In this document: one piece after another, positions 1-10,200 of the stretch | Layout: every line of letters starts with the position of its first letter | Numbering within the stretch: the first letter of the stretch is position 1 | Origin: Candidatus Peribacteria bacterium | GTDB taxonomy: Bacteria > Patescibacteriota > Gracilibacteria > UBA1369 > 2-02-FULL-48-14 | DNA length: 64,000 bases | Assembly (NCBI GenBank): GCA_943357175.1 | Contig: CALRGE010000004.1 | Span: 36,420 to 100,419 of the forward strand | Reading direction: 5' to 3' | Program-made: the position numbers and the translations under genes | The notes under the pieces: generated by a model | The model's database searches: none | What the model was told of the DNA's origin: nothing | What the model saw: only the letters and a program-made list of their open reading frames with translations

Positions 1-1257
1 TTTGAGCCGGTTATGAAAAGAATTCGCGAGCTTGCAAAGGATTATAATGAGACTAGCGCACGTGTTGTTGCTGATCATTTACGTGCGGCTGTATTTATTT
101 TAGGTGATGAGCGAAGTGTTTCGCCATCAAATAATGATCAGGGTTATGTGCTTAGAAAAATTATTCGTCGAGCCATAAGACACGGAAGAAAGATGGGAAT
201 TTCGGAAGGATTTACTGTTCAAATTGCACGATTATTTTTGGGAATTAACGGAGAGTATTACAAAGAGTTGATTAAGTATGAAAAAAGAATTTTAGATGAG
301 TTAAAAAAAGAAGAAGAGCAGTTCCAAAACGCACTGACAGCCGGTGAAATGGAAATTGAAAAAGATATTGAAAAAGTTAAAGAATCGCTTGAAATTTTGA
401 GTGCTGACAATGTTGTTTCACAGTTGGAGAAAGCTCTAAACGGAGTTTCTACGATTATTGCATCTGCTGGATGTTTGGAAGTTTTCAACAAAACTTTGAG
501 ACCTTTGATGGGTAAATTACGAGCTGAATTCAAGGGCGAAGCGGCAGGTAAGAAAATTGATGAAGAAGCACTAGGCGCAGTTAGAGAAAAAGCGAATTAT
601 TTGAAAACTGAGGGTTGGATTTTGCGTGGTGATCGAGCGTTTTTATACTATGAAAGCTTTGGTTTCCCGCTTGAAATGACAGTTGAAATGATGAAAGAAA
701 GAGGTGTTGAAGTTGACCGTGAAGGTTTTGATAAAGCATATGAATTACACCAAGAAAAATCACGAGCCGGAGCTGAGCAGAAATTTGCAGGAGGCCTTGC
801 CGATCACAGTCATGAAAGTAAAAAACTGCACACTGCAACACATTTGATGCTTGAGAGTTTGCGCAGACTTTTTGGAAACCATATTGAACAGCGCGGATCA
901 AATATTACACAGGAAAGATTGCGTTTCGATTTCAATTTCGATAGGAAATTAAGCGCCGAAGAGCTGGCTAAAATTGAGGTTTTTGTAAATGATGCAATTA
1001 AGGCGGATTATCCAGTTTCTTTCAAAGAAATGACTGTTGAAGAGGCGAAAAAATTAAATGCTACCGGGATTTTCGTTGATAAATATGAAGGAGAGTTAGG
1101 TGGAAAAGTAAAAGTATATTTCATGGGAGATTTTTCAAAAGAAATTTGCGGCGGACCGCATGTGGACCACACGGGTGAACTAGGTTCATTCAAGATTACT
1201 AAGGAGGAGGCAAGCTCAAGTGGGGTGAGAAGAATAAAAGCGGTTGTAGGCAAATAA
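1..1257 (+). CDS. alaS: alanine--tRNA ligase, C-terminal ~418 aa (5' end outside window)
   Basis: Frame is open from nt 1 (F-E-P-V precedes the tracked Met at 13). AlaRS signatures GYVLRKIIRRAIRHG, FLYYESFGFPLEMT, editing-domain HTATHLM...RFDF and CGGPHV...GVRRIKAV. Stop at 1255-1257. Confidence 0.9.
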   Translation, partial: FEPVMKRIRELAKDYNETSARVVADHLRAAVFILGDERSVSPSNNDQGYVLRKIIRRAIRHGRKMGISEGFTVQIARLFLGINGEYYKELIKYEKRILDELKKEEEQFQNALTAGEMEIEKDIEKVKESLEILSADNVVSQLEKALNGVSTIIASAGCLEVFNKTLRPLMGKLRAEFKGEAAGKKIDEEALGAVREKANYLKTEGWILRGDRAFLYYESFGFPLEMTVEMMKERGVEVDREGFDKAYELHQEKSRAGAEQKFAGGLADHSHESKKLHTATHLMLESLRRLFGNHIEQRGSNITQERLRFDFNFDRKLSAEELAKIEVFVNDAIKADYPVSFKEMTVEEAKKLNATGIFVDKYEGELGGKVKVYFMGDFSKEICGGPHVDHTGELGSFKITKEEASSSGVRRIKAVVGK

Positions 1258-1300
1258 GTTTTATATTAAAATTTGCCCACTTAAACTTTATTTTCATTTT

Positions 1301-1693
1301 ATGAAAAAGACTATTTCGCTAAGTTTGTTAGGTTTAGTTACACTTACAGGTTGTGGAGGGCCAACAACAGTTGCTTACCACAGTAGTGAATTCACATATG
1401 ACTCAGGAGTTTTTAAAAGTTTCTCAAATGACATTACAAGCGGAATTGCTGCGAAAGGTGATGAATCTTGCTGGATTGATCTTACAGGTGACTTAACAAG
1501 TCCATTGGACAGTGAAGAATTGCAAAATGCGACAGAAGGAAATATGACCCTAATGAGTGATTCAATGGGAGTTCCTCAATATATTTCATTCAGCATCGGC
1601 AATGAAATTGTTTACGCAAGAGTCAGTGTTGTAGACACTGATAACTGCACAGGCAAATTGGTGGCTTTAGCTGATATGAACGCAACTAAATAA
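1301..1693 (+). CDS. small lipoprotein, function unknown
   Basis: N-terminus MKKTISLSLLGLVTLTGCGG is a signal peptide plus lipobox (L-T-G-C). ATG start. lspA is present in the window. Confidence 0.6.
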   Translation: MKKTISLSLLGLVTLTGCGGPTTVAYHSSEFTYDSGVFKSFSNDITSGIAAKGDESCWIDLTGDLTSPLDSEELQNATEGNMTLMSDSMGVPQYISFSIGNEIVYARVSVVDTDNCTGKLVALADMNATK

Positions 1694-3044
1694 GTTCACC
1701 ATCAAGATGCCAATCGCCGGAATTTGTGACTCGCACATTTGCGAGTTGACCTAACAATTTTCGGCCTGATTGAAAGTGTACTTCTTTGTTTTCACGAGAG
1801 CGACCGATACAATGTTGACCGATTTGCTGTTCGACTAAAACTTCAACATTTTTGTTGATGAAAGCTTTGTGTTTTCTATTGGAAATTTCCTTAACAAGAG
1901 AATTAAGCTCATGCCATCGACGAGCTTTTTCTTGAGGAGAAACGCTATCTTCTAGTTTCTTATCTGAGTAAGTGCCCTTTCGTGGAGAATAGCGATTATT
2001 AAAACAAAAATCCCATTCCATTTCACGGTACATATTCAAAGTATTTGTGAATTCCTCTTCTGTTTCGCCACAAAATCCTACAATAATATCAGTTGAAATT
2101 GAAATGTCGGGAATGGCTTTTTTTAGCTTGTTCATTATGTCTTTATATTCGGCCGTTTTGTAATTTCTGTTCATCCGACGAAGCACTCGATCATCACCGG
2201 CCTGTACCGGCATGTGAACATATGGGCATATTGTGCGGAGCTCAGACATCGCCAGAATGACTTCATCAAAAAAATCTCGTGGATGTGGTGATGTAAAACG
2301 AAGACGACGAAGGCCGAGTTCATAAAGCTTGTCGATTTCTCGGAGTAAAGCAGCAAAAGGGCTCAGGCCGAATTCGACGAATTTGCCGGATTTCTTATCG
2401 TTAAAAGAAAGGCCATAAGAGTTCACCGTTTGGCCAACTAGTGTGATTTCTAAGGCGCCTTCAAGCACATGTTTTTTGCATTCTTCAAGTATCTCATTGA
2501 AATCTCTGCTGGCTTCACGGCCACGAGTGAATGGAACAATGCAGTAAGTACAAAATTTGTCGCAACCGTTTGAGATTGGAACAAATACAGCAAAATTTGA
2601 GGTTTTTTTGGGGTTTATTTTGAAGTAATTTTCGAGTGTTCCATCTTCAATGTCGTCTGTGAAAGTTAGGAGTGGATCAACGGTTTTTAGTAAATCTGGT
2701 AATTTTGCAACATCTTCAATTCGAAAAACGAAATCAACTTCGGGCATTCTTTTTAATATATCGTCGATTTTGTGGTCCTTTTGCGTTGAGGAGCTACGGA
2801 CCATGCAACCTGTTACAGTAACTTTCAGATTTTTGTTGGCTGTTTTTAAGGCTGCGATTTGTTTTCTGAGTCCAAAAAGTTTGTCTTCTGCTTTTTGTTT
2901 AATTTGGCAGGTATTGTAAATAATAATATCAGCAGATTTTTCATCATCACCGAGCTCATAACCGATTCGTTCAAGAACACTGGCAACGCGCTCCGAATCA
3001 GAGTAATTCATGGCACAACCGAATGTTTTGATATGATACTTCAT
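1686..3044 (-). CDS. miaB: tRNA methylthiotransferase (MiaB-type radical SAM MTTase)
   Basis: N-terminal MTTase motif IKTFGCAMNYSDSE, radical-SAM CDKFCTYCIVPFTRGRE, TRAM-like C-terminus, 452 aa. Confidence 0.85.
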   Translation of the reverse strand: MKYHIKTFGCAMNYSDSERVASVLERIGYELGDDEKSADIIIYNTCQIKQKAEDKLFGLRKQIAALKTANKNLKVTVTGCMVRSSSTQKDHKIDDILKRMPEVDFVFRIEDVAKLPDLLKTVDPLLTFTDDIEDGTLENYFKINPKKTSNFAVFVPISNGCDKFCTYCIVPFTRGREASRDFNEILEECKKHVLEGALEITLVGQTVNSYGLSFNDKKSGKFVEFGLSPFAALLREIDKLYELGLRRLRFTSPHPRDFFDEVILAMSELRTICPYVHMPVQAGDDRVLRRMNRNYKTAEYKDIMNKLKKAIPDISISTDIIVGFCGETEEEFTNTLNMYREMEWDFCFNNRYSPRKGTYSDKKLEDSVSPQEKARRWHELNSLVKEISNRKHKAFINKNVEVLVEQQIGQHCIGRSRENKEVHFQSGRKLLGQLANVRVTNSGDWHLDGELI

Positions 3045-3046
3045 AA

Positions 3047-3514
3047 TTAGCTAAGTTCCGGGAGGGAAAATATAGCTGAAGCAAGCGAATAAGGGAATCT
3101 TTTTCTTAAGGCCGAGTATATCTCTGATTTTGCCTTTATTTCTATATTTGAGGCTTCGATGTGTTTATTTAGATCAGAAATATTTTTTTTTGCTTCATGA
3201 AAATTGATATTTTTTATGGATTGTGAGCTAGCGAAAAAACCCTGCAGAGTTTCAAGAATTTCTATTTCTGAACTGTCAGTACGGCTTCTTAAATCAAGAA
3301 GTTTTCTCCAAAGATCTGTCGGTTCTGATGCTGCCTTATATGATTCAAGCAAATATGGAATTATGTCACGTCGCTTAGCAAAATCGCTTTTTAAGATTGA
3401 TTGAATTTGAGTAACTGCAATAAGATCTCTCATCAAAGAATTTCGCAACCAAAACAACCAAATAAAAATAATGATTATTATTGCCGCTATTATTAGAAAT
3501 AAATTTTCAATCAT
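3047..3514 (-). CDS. LemA-family membrane protein
   Basis: N-terminal TM helix, then KRRDIIPYLLESYK and C-terminal RKRFPYSLASAIF. These resemble the LemA motifs RRxDLIPNLV and RRFPxNIxA. Confidence 0.55.
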   Translation of the reverse strand: MIENLFLIIAAIIIIIFIWLFWLRNSLMRDLIAVTQIQSILKSDFAKRRDIIPYLLESYKAASEPTDLWRKLLDLRSRTDSSEIEILETLQGFFASSQSIKNINFHEAKKNISDLNKHIEASNIEIKAKSEIYSALRKRFPYSLASAIFSLPELS

Positions 3515-4041
3515 TTTTTAATTTTTTTTAAAAATTTATCACGGATATCAAGAATTTTTCTTGCATTGTCAAAAGGCTGTTCAGCGTCATGTAGACTGAA
3601 AATCACAACATCGGCAGCAGTTCTAAGCTCAATTTTACCGAAGTGGAAAATGGTTTCTATTAAGCCGACTTCTGTTCCACGAACATCCTGCAATTGATCT
3701 AGGTTGGCAGCAGAAACTTGTCTATTAAGGAATGCAATTTGGTCATGATTTATAACTCTTTCATTTGTAACAATAATCACGTCCAGTTCATGATTTAGCC
3801 ATGAAATAAATGTAACTAATATGACTGTAAGCAGATAGAACGAAAAAAGAAAAAGTACTATCAAATGATTATTTTCTATGCGTCCGGGGAAATATTTTAT
3901 TGCGGCAATAATATATGCAATTATTGGAACAATTGCGAAAAAGAAAAGGCTTAATAGGACTTTTAAATCACTTATCCAATGTTTTTTTAGAATCAATAAT
4001 GCTTCTTCATGTGGTCTTTGACCTGGAAACTGTAATTTCAT
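3511..4041 (-). CDS. membrane protein with bacterial PH (bPH_2/YdbT-like) domain
   Basis: Two TM helices followed by VIIVTNERVINHDQ...GKIELRTAAD, typical of bPH_2. 4-nt overlaps with both neighbours. Confidence 0.45.
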   Translation of the reverse strand: MKLQFPGQRPHEEALLILKKHWISDLKVLLSLFFFAIVPIIAYIIAAIKYFPGRIENNHLIVLFLFSFYLLTVILVTFISWLNHELDVIIVTNERVINHDQIAFLNRQVSAANLDQLQDVRGTEVGLIETIFHFGKIELRTAADVVIFSLHDAEQPFDNARKILDIRDKFLKKIKK

Positions 4042-5051
4042 TTTAATTCTTTTAATAATATTTCTGCTGTCTTCTTCCAGGAATATTTCTTTGATACCAT
4101 CTTTTCCACCATTGAAACCTGCTTACGGAAATTTGAATCTTGTAGCTTTTTTATAATAGCAAGAGTTGAGACTTTTGGCGAAATAAAGAGTGCGGAATTT
4201 TGAGAGACTTCACGGTTGACTGGAATGTCTTTAACAATTGCAGGACAGCCAAGCGACATGGCCTGTAAAAGTGGAATATTAAAGCCTTCTGAATCTGAAA
4301 AGTGTAAAAATGCGAATGCCGAGGCAAGAAGTTCATAGACTTTTTTATCTGGAATATTTCCTAGTAAAGTTGCGTTGGGCGGAAGCTTGAGGGCGGGATA
4401 ATATTTGGAAACATGGTGAGCTCTTCCAATTAGCTGAAGCTTCATTTGTGGAAACTGCTTTTGTATTTTTGTGAAGGAGGCAAGTAGTTCCGGCACGTTT
4501 TTTCTAATGTCATAACCACCCAGATAAACAAGAAGATTTGGATCATGTTTTGTAGATATTTTTGATGTAAGTGGCGGAATTGCATTTGGAAGAATTTTTG
4601 CATTTGGGATTCCAAGTTCTGCGTGAACTGCAGCGGAAACGGTGAATATTTTATCAACGTAAAGAAGTGAGTGGTGTGCGGCACGATGATAAAGTTTTTT
4701 GATTTTATTACCGGCGTAGCGACTGTCTTTCCATGAAATCAAATCGTGCACGGTTACTGCTCGTTTATGACTGGATTTTTTTGGGAGTGGACTTGGATAA
4801 GGATAATATTCGAGATTGAGATTGAGTTTTGCAAAGGCTAGTGGAGCTTGGACTCGTTCCCAATACCATTTTGCGAGTGGACCAAATTTTGGCTTGATTA
4901 CAATTACTTTCACGCCCGGAATTTTGATTGGCCTTGGTGAGACTGCTGTGACTTCTGCTTTTTTTGCTAGTTCTTTAATTAGGCCGAGTGAATGCTGACC
5001 TATGCCTGTGAAAGGTTGTGATAAAAACCATCCTTGAAATCCGATTTTCAT
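4038..5051 (-). CDS. GT4-family (group 1) glycosyltransferase
   Basis: N-terminal TGIGQHSLGL and C-terminal SDSEGFNIPLLQAMSLGCPAIV (E-x7-E region) of GT-B/GT4 enzymes. Translationally coupled to murG. Confidence 0.75.
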   Translation of the reverse strand: MKIGFQGWFLSQPFTGIGQHSLGLIKELAKKAEVTAVSPRPIKIPGVKVIVIKPKFGPLAKWYWERVQAPLAFAKLNLNLEYYPYPSPLPKKSSHKRAVTVHDLISWKDSRYAGNKIKKLYHRAAHHSLLYVDKIFTVSAAVHAELGIPNAKILPNAIPPLTSKISTKHDPNLLVYLGGYDIRKNVPELLASFTKIQKQFPQMKLQLIGRAHHVSKYYPALKLPPNATLLGNIPDKKVYELLASAFAFLHFSDSEGFNIPLLQAMSLGCPAIVKDIPVNREVSQNSALFISPKVSTLAIIKKLQDSNFRKQVSMVEKMVSKKYSWKKTAEILLKELK

Positions 5052-6043
5052 AAGTAGGTTTTAATTATTTTTACGATTTTCTCTAGGGCATCATTTTTGA
5101 GATGCTTGGCCGGCCGTGCTGGAAGTTTCAAGAGTTGTGCTAGAGCTGGTTTCGATTCGTCGGCGATTTTGAAAAGTGGTGACTTGATTGCCGACTGCGC
5201 GTTTGCGAATTGATCACCACGACTTCCGGCTCCAAGTGGATAAAGAAGAGTTGGGATTTGCAGTGTTTGGAGCTCTGCGAGTGCGTTGGCTCCGGAACGG
5301 GAGAGCGCGAGCGAAGCGAGCTCGAGGAAGTTAGCCATTTCATGAATATATGGCACGGAATAGTAATGAGGCGATCGAGTGATTTTACCCTTTCCCTGCC
5401 CTGTTACATGAACCACGTCGAAATGTTTTATTAATTCTTTTTTCTCACTTTCAATAATCTTGTTAAGTTGTTGCGAACCAGTACTTCCACCCATTACAAG
5501 TAGAACTTTTCGTTTCCCGTCGAAGCCGCAAGTTTTCGAAGCGCGTTTTGAATCACCTTTAAGCAACTCTTTTCGGATCGGATTCCCAACAAAGTGTCCC
5601 CGGGGACAGTCGATGTCAAAACCCAATAAAACCTTATCAGCAAACGGTGCGATTAGGCGAGTAGCCAAACCCAAAATTGCATCAGATTCGTGAGTGAGAA
5701 CCGGAATCCCGCGAAGCTTAGCTGCAACAACAACGGGGAAAGAAACGAATCCACCTTTGCTAAAAACCAACTGAGGTTTTATTCGTCCAAGTTTCCACCA
5801 TGCCTGAATAATGCCAACTGGAATCCGAAATAAATCGAAAAAATTCCGTAAATCAAAGTAGCGGCGAAACTTTCCAACGCTAATATATTCAAAAGGAATT
5901 CCAGCGCGTTTTACTAAATCGGCCTCAAGTCCGTCACGAGATCCAATATAAAAAACTTTAGTATCTCGAGATATAGCGTCGGCTATAGCGAGGTTGGGCA
6001 ACACGTGTCCCGCTGTACCCCCTCCTGTCAAAAGTATAGGCAT
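5048..6043 (-). CDS. murG: undecaprenyl-PP-MurNAc-pentapeptide GlcNAc transferase
   Basis: N-terminus MPILLTGGGTAGHVLPNLAIA (G-loop of MurG), GT28 C-terminal GGSTGS...SRSGANALAEL. Confidence 0.85.
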   Translation of the reverse strand: MPILLTGGGTAGHVLPNLAIADAISRDTKVFYIGSRDGLEADLVKRAGIPFEYISVGKFRRYFDLRNFFDLFRIPVGIIQAWWKLGRIKPQLVFSKGGFVSFPVVVAAKLRGIPVLTHESDAILGLATRLIAPFADKVLLGFDIDCPRGHFVGNPIRKELLKGDSKRASKTCGFDGKRKVLLVMGGSTGSQQLNKIIESEKKELIKHFDVVHVTGQGKGKITRSPHYYSVPYIHEMANFLELASLALSRSGANALAELQTLQIPTLLYPLGAGSRGDQFANAQSAIKSPLFKIADESKPALAQLLKLPARPAKHLKNDALEKIVKIIKTYL

Positions 6044-7196
6044 TTTCAGTAGTGTATTTTGAAATATTCAGTAGCACTCCCATCGCAACCAATGATGTCA
6101 CCATTGATGAGCCTCCGTAGCTCATAAATGGCAGGGTAATTCCCGTTATTGGGAAGAGCGATGTGTTTACCATTATATTAACGAAAGCCTGCACACAAAT
6201 CCATGTAGTTAATCCTGCCGCCATTAACATAGCAAATTTATTTGGCGCGTGATTTGCAATTTTATAACCTCTGTAAGCGATGACCGCATATAATAAAACT
6301 AAAATAACCGTCCTAAAAAACCCTAGTTCTTCAGCCGATGCAGCAAAAATAAAATCGTCAGTTGCTTGTGGAAGCCAGTACGATTTTTGAATGCCTTGAG
6401 TCAAACCTTTCCCCCAAGGCCCGCCGCTTCCAATCGCTATATTCGCCTGTTTTGACTGCCAACAAAAGCCCTCGCCACATTCCGCAGTTGGATTAAAAAA
6501 TGCAGTAAATCTTTGAGAAATTCTTTCACTAACACTACCGGCCGTAATTGCAAACATCATTGTCAAAATTGCACCAAATACCAAATGCTTCCAATTCGCA
6601 CCTGCCAAAAAATAGACAGCGACCGCAATAAAAGCCACAATCATGGCTGAGCCAATATCAGGCTGAAGTAAAATTGGTAAAACAATCGCTCCTGAAATCA
6701 AACAAAATTTTCCAAATCCTTCTTTAAAATCTTCAATTTTTTCCTGCGAAAGTTTATCACCAAAAATCATACTTAAATAAATCACCAGCCCAAACTTTGC
6801 AAGCTCAGACGGCTGAAGTGAATCAATCAGCGGAATTGAAGAAAAGTTCAACCAACTTGTTGCGAAAGTATTGTTCGCCTGACCCAATGCAAAAAGCACT
6901 AAAAGTAAAATTAAAGCCCCGCCATAAATAAGAACCGACAGATTTTTCCAATGCTTAAAATTCATCCTAAAAGCGCCATACATCATAACTAAGCCAATCA
7001 AAACACGAATCACATGCTTCTTCAAAACAAGATAACAATCTACAGCATCATCACCACAATCAGGATACTGCAAATCAGGCGCAGACAAGGAAATCGACTT
7101 CGGCACCCCAATACTCGTAATCATCACAACCCCACCAAGCACAATCACAAGGACCGCAATCAGCAACCAATGATCAAATTTCGGACGGCGTGACAT
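5958..7196 (-). CDS. ftsW: SEDS-family peptidoglycan polymerase (FtsW/RodA)
   Basis: About 10 TM segments. SEDS motifs LQPSELAKF, TDDFIFAASAEELG, PFMSYGGSSM. Sits directly upstream of murG. The last 28 codons overlap the murG start. Confidence 0.85.
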   Translation of the reverse strand: MSRRPKFDHWLLIAVLVIVLGGVVMITSIGVPKSISLSAPDLQYPDCGDDAVDCYLVLKKHVIRVLIGLVMMYGAFRMNFKHWKNLSVLIYGGALILLLVLFALGQANNTFATSWLNFSSIPLIDSLQPSELAKFGLVIYLSMIFGDKLSQEKIEDFKEGFGKFCLISGAIVLPILLQPDIGSAMIVAFIAVAVYFLAGANWKHLVFGAILTMMFAITAGSVSERISQRFTAFFNPTAECGEGFCWQSKQANIAIGSGGPWGKGLTQGIQKSYWLPQATDDFIFAASAEELGFFRTVILVLLYAVIAYRGYKIANHAPNKFAMLMAAGLTTWICVQAFVNIMVNTSLFPITGITLPFMSYGGSSMVTSLVAMGVLLNISKYTTENAYTFDRRGYSGTRVAQPRYSRRYISRY

Positions 7197-7254
7197 AGCG
7201 AAAGGTTAGGCTGGGAGATTATAGCCTAAAAGTTTGATGGGTGGAATTTAAGTT

Positions 7255-10200
7255 TTATGGAAGAATCCTATTTATAAAATCATTCAAATCACTTAATTCT
7301 TTATACAAAGGCATTCCCTTACCTAATCCAAGTTTAGTTTTATCTAAATTAGCCAACATTATTTTTTTGAAGTCTTTTACCATTTCTGAGGTAAGATCCT
7401 TTGGCTTGACTGTCATTCCCAAGAATGAAATTAAATTATCTGCAAGATCTGTATTGCCTGGATCAGTAGGTGCCAATAACATCGTTTTTAATCGTGTTTC
7501 GTTAGTAAGCATATGGTATTTACCCATTACTTTTCCCATTTCTAATGAGAATAAGAAATTAGAAATATCTTCTTTTGATTTAGGTATTCCATTCCCAAAT
7601 CGGTCATAATCAATAATTACTTTTCTCAAATCCGGAGTTGATTTAAATACTTTTTCGAAGTTATTTGCATTAGTAAATCTTTTTTCAATATCTTCTAATT
7701 TTGTTTTAAAATGAGTAAAATTTGTGGTTGCAGTAGGAGTCATTTTTAAAGGATCAGCTAAGTCTAAAGACTTCCATACAGAGTCAATCAACTGTTTAAA
7801 TTCATCAACGGTTAATGGTTTTCTACCCAATAGCTGTTCAACTTGCTCCTGCATTTTAGGCTTCATAGCAGCATTTTTCTCAATCGAATTAAGACCCAAA
7901 TCTGAAAGTAGATAAAGAAAGTTCTCGTCAAACTTATTTAAATCAAAAGTTTCTAGGAATTTATTTTTGTCTTTATCTTTCCTTAAAGCCTTTGATGTGG
8001 CTCCAAATTTTGCGTAATCAATATTTATTTCTGGTTCATTTGTAGCAGGATATAAAACTTCGAATGCGGTTTCACCTCCAAAAGCAGCCCTGTAACTCTT
8101 TATTACAGTACCTGCTTCTCCTAGCATACGGCGAATTGTAGGGGCATTTTCATTTGTACTTGCAGCAATCTTTTTTGTTAAATCTGTAATAAGCCCATCA
8201 AGTTCAGTATGACTGCTAATTGTTCCATCAAAACCAAGCATCTCTACAATTAAAACTTTTACTTTTTCCGGTTCATTCATTGCGATCTTAAATGCAGGCT
8301 CAGTTAGAAGTTGTGAGAATGCACCTTTAAAATCTCTCTTGTCAAAAGCTTCTACAAACTTTTCGATATCTTTTGTCTCAGTTTTAAATAGTTGTTTACC
8401 AAATTCTTTATATTTGATAGTTGTTTTTTTAACATCATTGCTGAAGATTTTATCTAAATTTGCTGAAGACAAAGCTTTTTTAATCCTGTCCAATGAATCT
8501 GAAATCTGACTATTTGTTGTCGCGCCTGCAAATGTTGCCTGTAAAGAAGCAATTATCCCCTTAACTTCAGCGTTAGTAATCTTTGCCCCAACTGCTATAT
8601 TTAGTACAGCTGCAATTTTTTCCTTTATAGCTTTTTTGTTCGAGAAAGTATCATCGTCATTATCAAGTAGATCTTTAAGTCTTCTTTCATTCATAATCAT
8701 AGAGAATTCTTTGTTGAATTCAGATTGATTAAAGGCCTTAGCAAAAGCTTTTTTCTCCTTATCACCTTTTAATTTACTAACTTGAGCTCCAAATTTTGTT
8801 GTATCAATTTCAGGTTCTTTAGTTTCGTTACTATAAACTTTGGTTAAATTATCAGCATCTAATGCGGGTATAATTGTTGCCAAAAAAGCGTCGATATTAG
8901 TTGCAGGAGCTAAACCTGTAAATTGTGCTCTAAGCTCTGCCACTATCCTTGTAACATCTGCTGCTTTAACAATTCCTTCAACACCCAAGAAAGATGCAAT
9001 TTTTGCTTTAGCAGATTTTTGATTTGTACGTGCTGCATCATCTTCCTCCAATGATTCTTTCAATCTAGCATTGTCCATGATCGCAAAGAATTGACTTTGG
9101 AATTCAGCTGAGTCAAAAGATCTCAGAAACGCTTCTTTTGCGGAATCATCTTTAAGCTTTAATGCTTGTACTCCAAATTTTGTATAATCAATTTCTACTT
9201 CCTTAGCCTCCTTACCATAGATTTTTGTGATGTTAGTCGGTGTTAATGCCAAAACAATTTTATCTAATGCAGCACCCATATCAGTAATTTTACTATCCGT
9301 ACGGGTCATACCAGCAAATTTAATCTTTAAAGCATCAATTTGTGTTGATACTTCTCCTGGAGTAACTCTTCCTTCTATATGTAAAGCAGCTTCAATTTTT
9401 TTCTTGATTGCTGTCCGATTTGAATGCTCTGTGTCATCATCTTTCAAAGAATCTGCAAGTCTAGTAGCATCCATAATCATCCAGAATTCCCGATTTAAAG
9501 ATGAAACTTGTAATGAATCAAGGAACCCATTTCTTTCATTTGGTTTTAATGCGTGTACTTGATCGGCAAATTTAGAATAGTCTATATTTACTACTTTCTT
9601 TTCTGCTCCATATAGTTTAGTTAATCTTCGATCATCTACTGCGATTGTTGGTTCTTCTAAAACTGTAGTTATTCTTCCCATTGCAGCCGCAAATTGCATT
9701 TGTTTGGCTCCATTTGGTGGAGTTGTCCCAAACAACTTTGTATACATGTCATCTAAAATCGTTTCCAAATCATCGAAATCCACTTTTCCATGAGTACCGA
9801 ATAATGCAGTGATTTGTTTTTTTGCATCTGACTTTCCTTCATCAGATTTTAGAGCATCGTCAAAACGTGCTTCATCAACAAGAAGTCTGATTTTTTTCTG
9901 GAATTTAATTATATCAATAGACTTAAAGAAACTTGCTCTATCTTTTGGCTTCAAGTGAGAAATTTGTTCCGCAAGATTTTCGTAATCAATTTCCATTGTT
10001 GGAACATCTTTAGGACCGAACAATCTTCTTATACCTCTAGCAAAATTTCCTGACACACTATCTTCCGTACCGAATGCACCTTCTATCGCCGAGATTCCAG
10101 CATCAAAATCTGCAGTATCAATTTCATCTTTACTCCAAATTTCTGAAAGCCCTTTAAATGCCTTGAAGAATCCACCTTTCTTTGGATCTGTATGCACAGG

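Noticed and set aside
7258-9996. The repeat region of the giant gene as an assembly artefact or a recently amplified, collapsed repeat.
   Set aside because: The seven units are strongly diverged at the DNA level; only about 20-nt strings recur. They vary in length (128-136 aa), and the frame stays open throughout.
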